Source of the DNA: an uncultured delta proteobacterium
GTDB lineage: Bacteria; Desulfobacterota; Binatia; UBA9968
Assembly (NCBI GenBank): GCA_963755715.1
Contig: CAVWLW010000076.1
Location: forward strand, 32,001-96,000
DNA: 64,000 nt
Direction: 5' to 3'
Below, one piece after another: positions 20,301 to 29,400 of the stretch. A program made the translations under genes and the position numbers. The notes under the pieces are model-generated. The model was not told the DNA's origin and searched no databases. It was given only the letters and a program-made list of their open reading frames with translations. How positions within the stretch are numbered: the first letter of the stretch is position 1; the number at the start of each line of letters is the position of its first letter.

Positions 20301-21178
20301 CTAAAACACCCATGCAACCTTGAGACGAAATTCGTATCGTTCGTGCTCTTCCAATTCCAGGTTGCGGGTTCGTCCCGGTGTAGGCGGCGTGCCAGCCACC
20401 TGGTTCAAGAAGGTGAAAGTGAACCACCATTTTTCTGCGGCGTAGTGGATATTCGGCCCGAGAAAAAAAGCGCCCTCCTGGGGACCTTTAAATTCAGGAT
20501 ATGCCGCATGATAGCGGCCCTCGAGACCGACAAACCACTTTGGTGCGAAGCGATAGGAAATGCCCAAGGTATGCTCTACCTCCAGCTCTCTTTCACGCTC
20601 TCCGCTGGATTTGAACTTCGCCCACTCGGGCTCCAATGTCAGATTGTAGCCGAGGGCCAGTTGATCGTCGAAGAAGTTTTTTTGCAAAATAATTTTGCTC
20701 TCCAAGCCGAACTGATCCATGCGCTCGCCGGAGACCCTGTCAATTCGCGAATAGGACGGTTCCAAATACAGAGATAGTCCGAAAAGATCTTTGTAGACGC
20801 TCAACAGGTTGTACTTGAAGGCGAAATTCACGCCATTAAACTCGAGCCCACGAGAAATGTCGCGGTCCGGATCGTCTTCGAGGGCGCCGCCGGAGATCTG
20901 GTGGGACCGGCCTTTCAGATAAAAAGACGCCTGAAAACGGTCCGTGAAACCGTGTTCCAACTCGAGCATCTCATCCCAACCTCGGTATGTGCCTTTACCT
21001 TTGCTAGCACGAAGGGTGAGCCAATTATAAAGTTCGGTGCCGCCCTTTGGCAGGGTATCGGTACCATAAAGATAACCCCAGAGATTTTCATCGGCGTGAG
21101 CCGGCGGCAGAAAAAACAGCGCGGCGATCCACAGCACCGCCGCCAGCGCTAGGGGAAATCAAATGATCGAAAAAACAT
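20301..21178 (-). CDS. putative outer-membrane beta-barrel protein (DUF6662-like); frameshift in signal peptide near 21150
   Basis: RBS AAGGAG and ATG 21178; AHA|DENLWGYLYGTDTLPKG; alternating amphipathic strands; terminal VAWVF. Confidence 0.65.
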
Positions 21179-21401
21179 GACTGCTCCTTTCAAAGATTAA
21201 AGTTGAGGCTTGCTCGCTTCGTTGGATTGCACATCGGTGACCAGCACTACCTTGCTTCGTGCACCCATCTGTACAAAAGAAATTCATAGCCCGACTCCTT
21301 CCTTAGTTATTTTGCGAAGCACTGGGCTCTGGATTCTCGACCTCTGGCCGCTGAAGGATCCTGTTGTACGAAGCTTTTTACACGACTTACACTGTCTATC
21401 C

Positions 21402-21537
21402 TCACGGTTCCTTTGGTATCGACGCGGAAGAATCGACGCGACGTTTGCAGCGCCGGCACTTGATTTCTACGCCTTGCGCTGACTAACCGCGCCAAAAGAC
21501 TGCCGCAACAACAGCGGAGGGCGTCCTCATCGCGCAT
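21402..21537 (-). CDS. Mu Com-like zinc-ribbon microprotein (copy 2), frameshifted near 21478
   Basis: MRDEDALRCCCGSLLARLV then, in the shifted frame, QGVEIKCRRCKRRV; a clear paralogue of 17949-18128. Confidence 0.55.
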
Positions 21538-21587
21538 AGCTAGAACGGCATCCTGCCGCGATGTTTGATCCGGGCTTAAACTGCGAA

Positions 21588-23628
21588 CTAAGACTCCACA
21601 GGTCCTTTCTTTCCTGCGCCGACCCACAGGAAAGTCGCAAAAAACGCGCATAGCATAAGCGCTTGAGCCGCTAAACTTTCCAAGGTCGGATAAATTCCCA
21701 GCAGCGGAATCTGCGGCGGGAAACCAAGGGGGTTGTCGAAACCCAGCCCGCGGCCTGTAACTCTTTAATACCGTTACCGGCGAAAATGAACGCAATGATA
21801 TAAAGGAAGGTTCCGGTGACGCCGAAGAAATATTTCAACGGAACTTTGAGGCCGAGCTTCAAAATGGCAAAGGTCAGCACGACAAGAACCGCCAGTCCGG
21901 CGATGAATCCCCAAAGAATCAGATGATGGTCGTTTTCGTTCTGCAGCCATAGCGCTTGGTAAAACAACACGACTTCAAAAGCCTCACGATAGACGGCAAA
22001 AAATGAAATTCCCACCAGTCCGAGAATCTTCTTGCCGTCGACCACGTTCTGTACCTTGTCGTGAATGAAGCTCTGCCACTTCTTGGCCTCGGACTTCGTA
22101 TGCAGCCAATAGCCGACGTAGAACAAAGCTACGGCGGCAAAAACCGAGATAAAGCCCTCCATGCTTTCGCGATGTTGTCCGCTGAAAGTCAAAAACGTTT
22201 GAGTGGCGACCCAGGTGAGGCCGCCGGCGACGAGGGCGAGGACCCAGCCGATGATGGATGTAGCGAACGGCATGCGGTGGCGCCCATGACTTTGAGCATC
22301 GCCAGGATCGCGGCTAGAACCAAAGTCGCTTCCAGTCCTTCGCGCACAATGATCAGCGCGGAATTGAGGAAAAAATAGATGCCCGAGTAGTCGTCGTTGC
22401 GCGCGATGATTTCGCTGGCCCGATCGAGACCCGCTTCGATTTCACTGCGCCGTTTGTCGATCTCTTCCGGCCCAACTCCCTGTTTGATGGCGTTACGGTA
22501 CGCGGTGAATAAGCCCTCGAGGCTGCGGCCGAAGGAGGCGTCTTTGGCGAATAAGGCGGGCTCGGCCAGCTCGTAGCCGTCGATGTAGGCATCGACGGCC
22601 TTTTGATAGGCTTTTTCTTTTTCTCCGGCGGCATAGAGCGCTGCGCTTTCGCGCACCAAGTTCCGAGTCAGCACCAGCGGGTCCGCCGGCTTTTGTTCCA
22701 ACAGACCGCGGCGCAGATAAGCGAGGACATCGTTGACCTGATCTTCCTGATCGAAATAACTCTTAAGTTGTTCCGATAGCTGTTCATCGGAGTCGGTTGC
22801 GAGATTCGCCACGGCGGTCAGCTCCGCCGGCAATTTTTTCTGCTGTATCAGCGCCGCGCCGCGATCGGCTTGTTCGCGCGAGAAACGCAAGGACATGACA
22901 TAGAACGCGACCTGCCAGCGCTGCTCCTCGCTGAGCGCCGCAAACGAAGCCATCGCCGTTCCCTCCACGCCGAAGCTCGCCGTGTTGAAAGCCTTAAACG
23001 GCGACAATCCCGCCATTCGCTCAGGATCGGTGAAATTCGCCGGCGCGGGCGTCTTGGGATTCATCGAACTTCGCCCCGGTCCATCGCCCTTGCCGCTCTC
23101 GCCGTGGCATTGGGCGCAATTCTCCACGTAGAGTTTTTGGCCTGAGTCCAAAGACGGCAACTGTTTAGGATACGGAACGATTTTATATGCGGTGATCAGT
23201 TTTTCTTTGGCGTTCTGGGCGAGCTCGGCGACGATCTGGGGCTCGGCTTTTTTGTCGATCTGTGCGGCCAGTGATTTAATAGTCGATTCGATTCCGGCTC
23301 TGTCCGCCTTGTCGGCTTGTTTGAGCTGATTGAAAAGTTCTTGGCTGCGCTTGGAGAACTCCTGCATCTCGGCGTATTCGTCGGCGCTCAGGATCTTGCC
23401 GTCCTTGACGGCGTTTTTGTAGTCGCTGCCGAGATAGTCGAGTAGCGAGACCAGCCGCTTGGCGTCATCCGGTTGGGCGAAAGCCAGAGGCGCGGTGCTC
23501 AAGAGCGCAGCGATTGCCAGGAAACAAAAGAAGAGACGGCGGATACCGGGAATTCGGTTAAGTCGGTTGTCTGAGAAGCTACGAAAGCAACGGGTCGAGG
23601 TGGTTTTATTATGAGATGGAGGTTCCAT
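21588..23628 (-). CDS. cytochrome c / FTR1 iron permease fusion (PbrT-like), frameshifts near 22265 and 21720
   Basis: LLDYLGSDY..EYAEM N-domain, CAQCH heme c motif, REGLE and REAFE (two RExxE FTR1 motifs), C-terminal LGIYPTLES...VES*; start uncertain. Confidence 0.85.
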
Positions 23629-24401
23629 AGATCACGATGCTGTGCGCCGCCAGAAGATAGCGCCTGTCGTAGCCAGGCGCTGATGCCGTCCATGACAAGC
23701 ACGATCACCAACACCAATAATAAGATGGTTGCCAGCCGCTGATAGTCCAAACTCTGCAGATAGATTTGAATGACGAAGCCTAAGCCGCCGGCGCCGACGA
23801 AGCCGAGCACCGAGGAAGCGCGAATGTTGTACTCGAGCATGAACAGCACTTGGGCGAGAATCGCATTGGCGGCCTCGGGGACGATCACGAAGCGGACGAG
23901 TTGCAGCTTGGAAGCGCCGGTGCTTTGCACCGCCTCGATGATCTCCGGATCGGTGCCTTCGAATAAGTCGGCGTAGATCTTGGCGAGATAGCCGACGGTG
24001 TAAGCGGCGATGCCCAAGGTGCCGGCCAGCGGGCCGAGACCGACGAGGATGACGAAGATAATCGCCCACAGCAGCACGGGCACGGTGCGAATGCCCGCCG
24101 CGATAAAGCGCGCAAAGCTGGAAACCCACGACGAAAACAACCTGCGAGTGCCGAGAACGCTCAGCGGTAGCGACGCCAGGAAGCCGAGAAGGGTGCCGGC
24201 AAACGACATTTCAACGGTCTCCCACAAAGCGGCGCCGACGGTCGGCAGGATGCCGACGTCCGGCGGCAACATCTCCGAACCAAGAATGCCGAGATTGCGC
24301 ACGCCGCGCGCGAGGCGCTCGAGATCGAAAAAGCCGAGGTGCGCCAGCACGGCCAACAAAAAAAAGCCGGTGGTGGCGGGGAGAACCAAGCTGGTCTTCA
24401 C
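23499..24401 (-). CDS. phnE: PhnE/PtxC-type ABC transporter permease (3' end probably frameshifted near 23665)
   Basis: ETVEMSFAGT, RTVPVLLWA, GLGPLAG, EAVQSTGA, EYNIRASSVLGFVGAGGLG. Confidence 0.8.
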   Translation of the reverse strand: MKTSLVLPATTGFFLLAVLAHLGFFDLERLARGVRNLGILGSEMLPPDVGILPTVGAALWETVEMSFAGTLLGFLASLPLSVLGTRRLFSSWVSSFARFIAAGIRTVPVLLWAIIFVILVGLGPLAGTLGIAAYTVGYLAKIYADLFEGTDPEIIEAVQSTGASKLQLVRFVIVPEAANAILAQVLFMLEYNIRASSVLGFVGAGGLGFVIQIYLQSLDYQRLATILLLVLVIVLVMDGISAWLRQALSSGGAQHRDLWNLHLIIKPPRPVAFVASQTTDLTEFPVSAVSSFVSWQSLRS

Positions 24402-25148
24402 AGGCTGGCCTCGGCGCGCGCTGACTCGCGCAGTTGATTGCCGATATAGCCGGGCACGATCTCGCCGTCTTTGAGCGCGAGCACGTCGTCGCCGAATTGA
24501 CGCGCCAGGCCGAGCCGATGCATGCTCATGACGAAGGTAATGTTTTCTTTATCGGCGGCGCGGCGGATGCGCATGAGAATCTCCGACGCCAGGGCGAGGT
24601 CCAAGTCGGACGCAAATTCGTCGGCGATCACGATGCGGGGATGTTGCAGCAGGGTGCGCGCGATGGCGACTCGCTGGCGCTCCCCGCCGCTCAGACGAAA
24701 AACCTGCTCGGAGCGCTTGTGGGCGATGCCCATCATATCGAGCGCGGCCTCGGCCCGATCCGTTTCGGCGCGCGGGAACAGGCTGAAGAGTGCTTTGCCG
24801 ACGCCGATCCGGCCAAGTGAGCCCATCAAAACATTGTCGAGCGCTGAGAGACTTCTGACCAATCCCAATTGCTGCGGGATGTAGCCGATCACAGAACTGA
24901 GCCGGCGTTGGCCAAAGCCACTGGTCGGCTCGCCGAAAACCGCGACCCGCCCTTCGTTTGGTTTCAGAATTCCCGCCAACACCCGCAACAGCGTGGTCTT
25001 GCCGGTGCCGGAAGGGCCCATGATGACCGTGTGTTGACCGGCGGGAATCGACAGCGACACATCGCGCAGTACCCAATCGCGGCTGCGATAGGCGAACCAA
25101 ACTCGGTCCGCTTGGAGAGCGGGTAGCGCTGTCGCTATTCGAGGTCAC
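24398..25148 (-). CDS. phnC: PhnC-type ABC transporter ATP-binding protein (frameshift near 25120)
   Basis: GPSGTGKT Walker A, LSGGERQRVAIAR, IADE; GTGA overlap with the binding-protein gene. Confidence 0.8.
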
Positions 25149-26076
25149 AGACGCTCCGTAAACTTTAGATTTGCCGCTTTCAGATATTTTTGCAGCGAGC
25201 CGAGATGCTCGCTTGCCGTAGTCGGCTTGAAGCCGACGAAGATGCTGGAAATAAACGTGCGCATGAGCTCGCGGTGCTCAGGCGCGCCGAGCTTGACGAT
25301 GGTTTGCACTGCGCGGGTGCGCAGCGGGTCTTTCAACTCTTTGCTGAGCACGACGGCGTGGGAAGGGATCGGCCCTTGCTGCTCGATGGTGCGGCTGCCG
25401 GCTAGAACTTCATTGTAAAGCTTCTCCGGCACGTCGCCGGCGATGATCGTGGTGTCGACTTGGCCCTGCTTCAAGCGCTTGCCAGCACTGGCCGTAGCCG
25501 CCGCCGAACAGCACTTCTTTAAAATAGCCTTTGGGGTCGGCTTCTTTGCCTTCGCCCGGCTGCAACAGATTCATTTCGATCATGCGGCCCATCGGCGCGA
25601 CGAATCCAGAGGTCGAAATCGGACTGGGGAAGCAAGCGCTCTTGCCCTTCAACGAAGGCAGGTCTTTGTACGGCGAGTCGGGAGCAACAACCCAATAAGA
25701 AAAATAGTGCGGCGCCTCGACTTTATCTTTGCCGTGCAGCACCTGCCGAATCTCCGCCAGGGCGACTTCGGCGCCGCCGAGCCGGACCGCGAGCTGCGCC
25801 GGCCATGCCGACATGAAGGCGAGGTGCGCGTGGCCGAAAGCGAAGCGATTCCACCACGGCGGCGTAACTGCTTGGCACGTAGATCTCGACTTTGGTTCGG
25901 CCACCCAAGCCTTTTTCCATAAACTGCTGCAACGGTTTGGCCTTGTTCAGCATCTCGTCGCTCGCCACCGTCGGTTGGATCGCAACCACGAGTTTATTTT
26001 GCGCAAAGCTCAAGCTCGGCACGAGCGCAGCCAGAGCTAAAGCGAGCACTAGGTGCTGGCGAAAATATCGCTTCAT
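25145..26076 (-). CDS. phnD: PhnD/PtxB-type substrate-binding protein (frameshifts near 25840 and 25475)
   Basis: Signal peptide, SSYAAVVE, AFMSAWP, HYFS, SPISTSG oxyanion motif, GPIPSHAV. Confidence 0.75.
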
Positions 26077-26187
26077 CGCGGGCTCCTTTTCGCTTGATCT
26101 AGACAACTATCTTTACTATAAGATGGTTGTGTGATGAATTGTTCATACATTAATAATTTAATAGTAACCACATGTTAAAGTCAAAAG

Positions 26188-26218
26188 TTCGTATAGGCGA
26201 AAGAAAAAAGTTTGTCAA
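26188..26218 (-). promoter_or_regulatory. sigma70 promoter TTGACA-N17-TATACG overlapped by palindrome TTCG-N6-CGAA (putative DtxR/MntR operator)
   Basis: -35 at 26218-26213, -10 at 26195-26190, inverted repeat at 26188-26201 just before the repressor start. Confidence 0.55.
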
Positions 26219-26228
26219 GGCTACGGAA

Positions 26229-26888
26229 GTGCCCCAAGTCAGCCACGCCTTGGAAGACTATCTGAAATCGATCTATCAGCTCGCCGAGGAATCCCAGCCA
26301 GTCATCGCCGCGCGCATCGCCGCCGAAACCGGCGTTTCGCCATCTACTATATTTACCACGCTGCAGCGTTTGGCCCGGGAAGGTTACGTGACGATTAACC
26401 GGCATAAGGAGATCCATCTCACCCAGGATGGCAAGACGGTGGCGGAGAGAATCGTGCGCCGGCATTTTTTAACCGAACGCTTTCTCACCGACCTGCTCGG
26501 ACTCGATTGGGTAAAGGCCCATCAGGAAGCACACCGTTTAGAGCACGCGATTTCTCAGGACGTGGAGGAGCGGCTGGCCAAGTTATTGAGTAATCCGACG
26601 ACCTGTCCGCACGGGAACCCTATCCCGGGGGCGCTAGCGGGGCCAGCACAGAAGACTATTCCGCTCAACGAAGCGTCGGATGGGCAGAGCGTCGAGCTCG
26701 ATTTCATCACCGAAGGCGGTGAGCGCGACGTGCGCTTGCTGAGTTTTCTGCAGGAGCATGGCATGCGCCCCGGCGCCAAAGTCCATGTTCTCGACGTGGC
26801 CCCTTCGCTCGGCATGATGACTTTAAAAGTCGGCGCCGACGCGTTTTCTCTAGGGCTTGAAGCGGCGAAGAAAATCCGCGTTCACTAG
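26229..26888 (+). CDS. DtxR/MntR family metal-dependent repressor with C-terminal FeoA/SH3 domain
   Basis: EDYLKSIY, wHTH, RRHFLTERFL, EAHRLEH, CPHGNPIP, GMRPGA. GTG at 26229 is the likely start. Confidence 0.9.
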   Translation: MPQVSHALEDYLKSIYQLAEESQPVIAARIAAETGVSPSTIFTTLQRLAREGYVTINRHKEIHLTQDGKTVAERIVRRHFLTERFLTDLLGLDWVKAHQEAHRLEHAISQDVEERLAKLLSNPTTCPHGNPIPGALAGPAQKTIPLNEASDGQSVELDFITEGGERDVRLLSFLQEHGMRPGAKVHVLDVAPSLGMMTLKVGADAFSLGLEAAKKIRVH

Positions 26889-27059
26889 TGTCCTGACTCA
26901 GAAATTCGCAATATAATTCGATCGTCATTCCGGGCAAGCTGGCGCAGCTAGCGCGACCCAGAATCCAGGAATTTCAAAGGCATCTGGATATCGGCGTCCG
27001 CCGGTATGACGGATAACCGTAAACAACTTGTTTAACGAACTTCCGGGCCAGGACACTAG
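26885..27059. mobile_element. MITE-like element with ~24-bp imperfect terminal inverted repeats and CTAG ends
   Basis: Left CTAGTGTCCTGACTCAGAAATTCG; right end reverse-complemented CTAGTGTCCTGGCCCGGAAGTTCG; internal GTCATTCCGG...CCGGTATGAC palindrome; no ORF. Confidence 0.65.
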
Positions 27060-27245
27060 CTAGTCTGGCGGGTTGCTGAGAAAAGATGAGGAATGCTTCG
27101 AGCGTCTCAGGGTGACGGAAAATTACCAGCGATATCAATCCCCCTTCTTTGTCCTTGACGGACTCAAAGGGTTCTGATGCCTGTCCAAAGACGCCGAGAG
27201 GATTTTGCGATTTTGCGGAACTGGCTAGGGATTAAGTAGTGAGGA

Positions 27246-27518
27246 CTAGTCCTCGCTGGACGGCACGGCGATGATTGATGATCCCGAGTCGGCCTGACGC
27301 TCGGCTAGCTCGCTGGTGAGAAATTCGATTTGATCGCTGAGACGGGCGTCACGATCGATCAGAATCAGGTCTCGTCCATTCACCCGGCAGCTACCGCTCT
27401 TGGCCCGATATCCTGCCTCGCGTAAGAGTTTCTCGGTGCGCACGTGGATGTTCATGCGTTTGGCGCTGAGGATGAGCTCCTGCAGGCGGGCTTCCTGTCT
27501 ATTTTTTGGCGCGACCAT
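27246..27518 (-). CDS. conserved hypothetical protein
   Basis: Compact 90-aa ORF with VRTEKL…SGSCRVNG…ILID pattern; plausible coding composition. Confidence 0.65.
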   Translation of the reverse strand: MVAPKNRQEARLQELILSAKRMNIHVRTEKLLREAGYRAKSGSCRVNGRDLILIDRDARLSDQIEFLTSELAERQADSGSSIIAVPSSED

Positions 27519-27680
27519 GACCTGAGCGGATTATCCATAATATTGCCGCAATTGTAAACCGCGAGGCCAATTTTCTCCTTGCAAAAACGTCCTTCCTTGT
27601 TATCGTAACTTTGCGGATTTGATTGGAAGTTCGAACGGCGCAGGGACGTTTGCGCGCTCGGCAAACGTCAGGAGGTCGGC

Positions 27681-28517
27681 ATGATCAAAAACATTCTTGT
27701 CCCTCTGGATGGTTCGGAACATTCCAAAGCAGCGCTCGATTATGCCATTTGGATTACCGAGAAATTTAATGGCACGCTTTTCGGCCAGCATATTATCGAT
27801 ACGATCTCGATCGAAGGCACTTTCTTTCACGATATCTCCGGTTCCCTCGGCTTCGAGCCGTATTTGGATTTCTCTAGCAAGATGCGAGAAATCCTCGAGG
27901 AGCGGGGCAAAACCATTCTCGAAGATTTCGCCGCGCGCTGTGAAAAGAAAGGCATCCGTTACACCGCTCATCTCGATATGGGATTGATCGCCAATGAGAT
28001 TTGCGAGCGCTCCAAAGTTGCGGATCTGGTGGTCCTCGGGCATCGCGGCGTCAATGAAGAATTCTCCACCGGACTTTTGGGCACCACCGCGGAAACGATC
28101 ACGCGCAAGTGTCCGCGGCCGGTTTTTGTTTCGACAAGACAATTCAAACCGGTCGAAAGCCCGCTGTTGGCTTACGACGGCAGCCAACGCGCGAGTTCGG
28201 CGATGGAATCGGCGGCGGAATTTTGCACGGTGCTGCATTTGCCGCTGACCGTGCTGACGGTTTCCCGCGACGAGTCCGTGATTCGCGCCAATTTACAGCA
28301 AGCCAGAGGCTATTTGGGCTCCTACCCGATTGATGTGACTTACGAGACCGCGAGCGGTTATCCGGAGCAGAAAATCGTCGAGCAACTGGTTAGCCGCAAT
28401 CATGACCTGCTATTCATCGGCGCGTACGGCCACCGGCGGATCATCGAAATGGTGCTCGGCAGCACGACCGAATACGTGCTGCGTAACGCGCCTTGTCCGG
28501 TATTCCTGAATAGATAG
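27681..28517 (+). CDS. tandem-domain universal stress protein
   Basis: ILVPLDGS, DLVVLGHRG, LLAYDGS, GAYGH, VLGSTTEYVLRNAPCPV; RBS AGGAGG. Confidence 0.9.
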   Translation: MIKNILVPLDGSEHSKAALDYAIWITEKFNGTLFGQHIIDTISIEGTFFHDISGSLGFEPYLDFSSKMREILEERGKTILEDFAARCEKKGIRYTAHLDMGLIANEICERSKVADLVVLGHRGVNEEFSTGLLGTTAETITRKCPRPVFVSTRQFKPVESPLLAYDGSQRASSAMESAAEFCTVLHLPLTVLTVSRDESVIRANLQQARGYLGSYPIDVTYETASGYPEQKIVEQLVSRNHDLLFIGAYGHRRIIEMVLGSTTEYVLRNAPCPVFLNR

Positions 28518-28559
28518 GTCAACGGCTCAAAGATTTAAAAGTTCGAGGTTGCTTGACCC

Positions 28560-29366
28560 ATGAAGTTTCTTGCCGCAGCGATTCAGATGCTTGCCACCGA
28601 CGACAAGGCGGCCAATCTCAAGGAAGCCAAACACTGGCTGCGCCGGGCCGCGGCCCAGGGCGCGCGCGTGGCCGCGCTGCCGGAGGTTTTTATCTGGCGT
28701 GGTAACAAGAAATCCGAACGCGAGTCCGCCGAACCGATTCCCGGCCCGACGTCCAACGCGCTGGCCGAGTTGGCGCGTGACCTCGGCATCTATGTTTTAG
28801 CCGGCTCGATTCTCGAAGCGATTCCCGCCAGCCCAAAGGCCTACAATACGAGTTTGCTCTTCGAGCCATCGGGCAAAGTCCTGGCGGCGTATCGCAAGAT
28901 TCATCTCTTCGACGTCGATCTCGCCAACGGCACGTCGCTGCGGGAATCGGCTACACGCGAATTCGGCACTCGCGTCGCGGTCGCCGATATGGGTTTCTGC
29001 AAAGCTGGCTTGTCGGTGTGCTACGATCTGCGGTTTCCCGAGCTCTATCGAGACCTAGCCAAGCAAGACGTGGATTTGATCTTCGTTCCGTCCGCCTTCA
29101 CGGCATATACTGGAGAAGCGCATTGGGAAACGCTGCTGCGCGCCCGCGCGATCGAAAACCAAGTCTACATAATCGCGCCGGATCAGTTTGGCAAGAGCGC
29201 CAAGAGCTTTGAAACCCACGGCCACAGCATGATCATCGACCCATGGGGACAGATATTAGCGGAACTTCCCGACGGTCCTGGCATAATTACCGCTGAAATC
29301 GACTTGGATTATCTCGCCAAAGTGCGCGCCGAGTTGCCGGCGCTCAAACACCGCCGGCTGGTCTGA
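28560..29366 (+). CDS. carbon-nitrogen hydrolase (Nit1/YbeM-like amidase)
   Basis: LPE, YRKIHLFDV, VCYDLRFPE triad; LRARAIEN, GHSMIIDPWG. Confidence 0.9.
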   Translation: MKFLAAAIQMLATDDKAANLKEAKHWLRRAAAQGARVAALPEVFIWRGNKKSERESAEPIPGPTSNALAELARDLGIYVLAGSILEAIPASPKAYNTSLLFEPSGKVLAAYRKIHLFDVDLANGTSLRESATREFGTRVAVADMGFCKAGLSVCYDLRFPELYRDLAKQDVDLIFVPSAFTAYTGEAHWETLLRARAIENQVYIIAPDQFGKSAKSFETHGHSMIIDPWGQILAELPDGPGIITAEIDLDYLAKVRAELPALKHRRLV

Positions 29367-29400
29367 GTTCCCATGCAAGTGACCCGCACGGCGCAAAGCC

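Noticed and set aside
17949-21537. Mu-like prophage remnant suggested by Com-like genes
   Set aside because: No transposase, mom, structural or lysis genes; all neighbours are metal-uptake genes.
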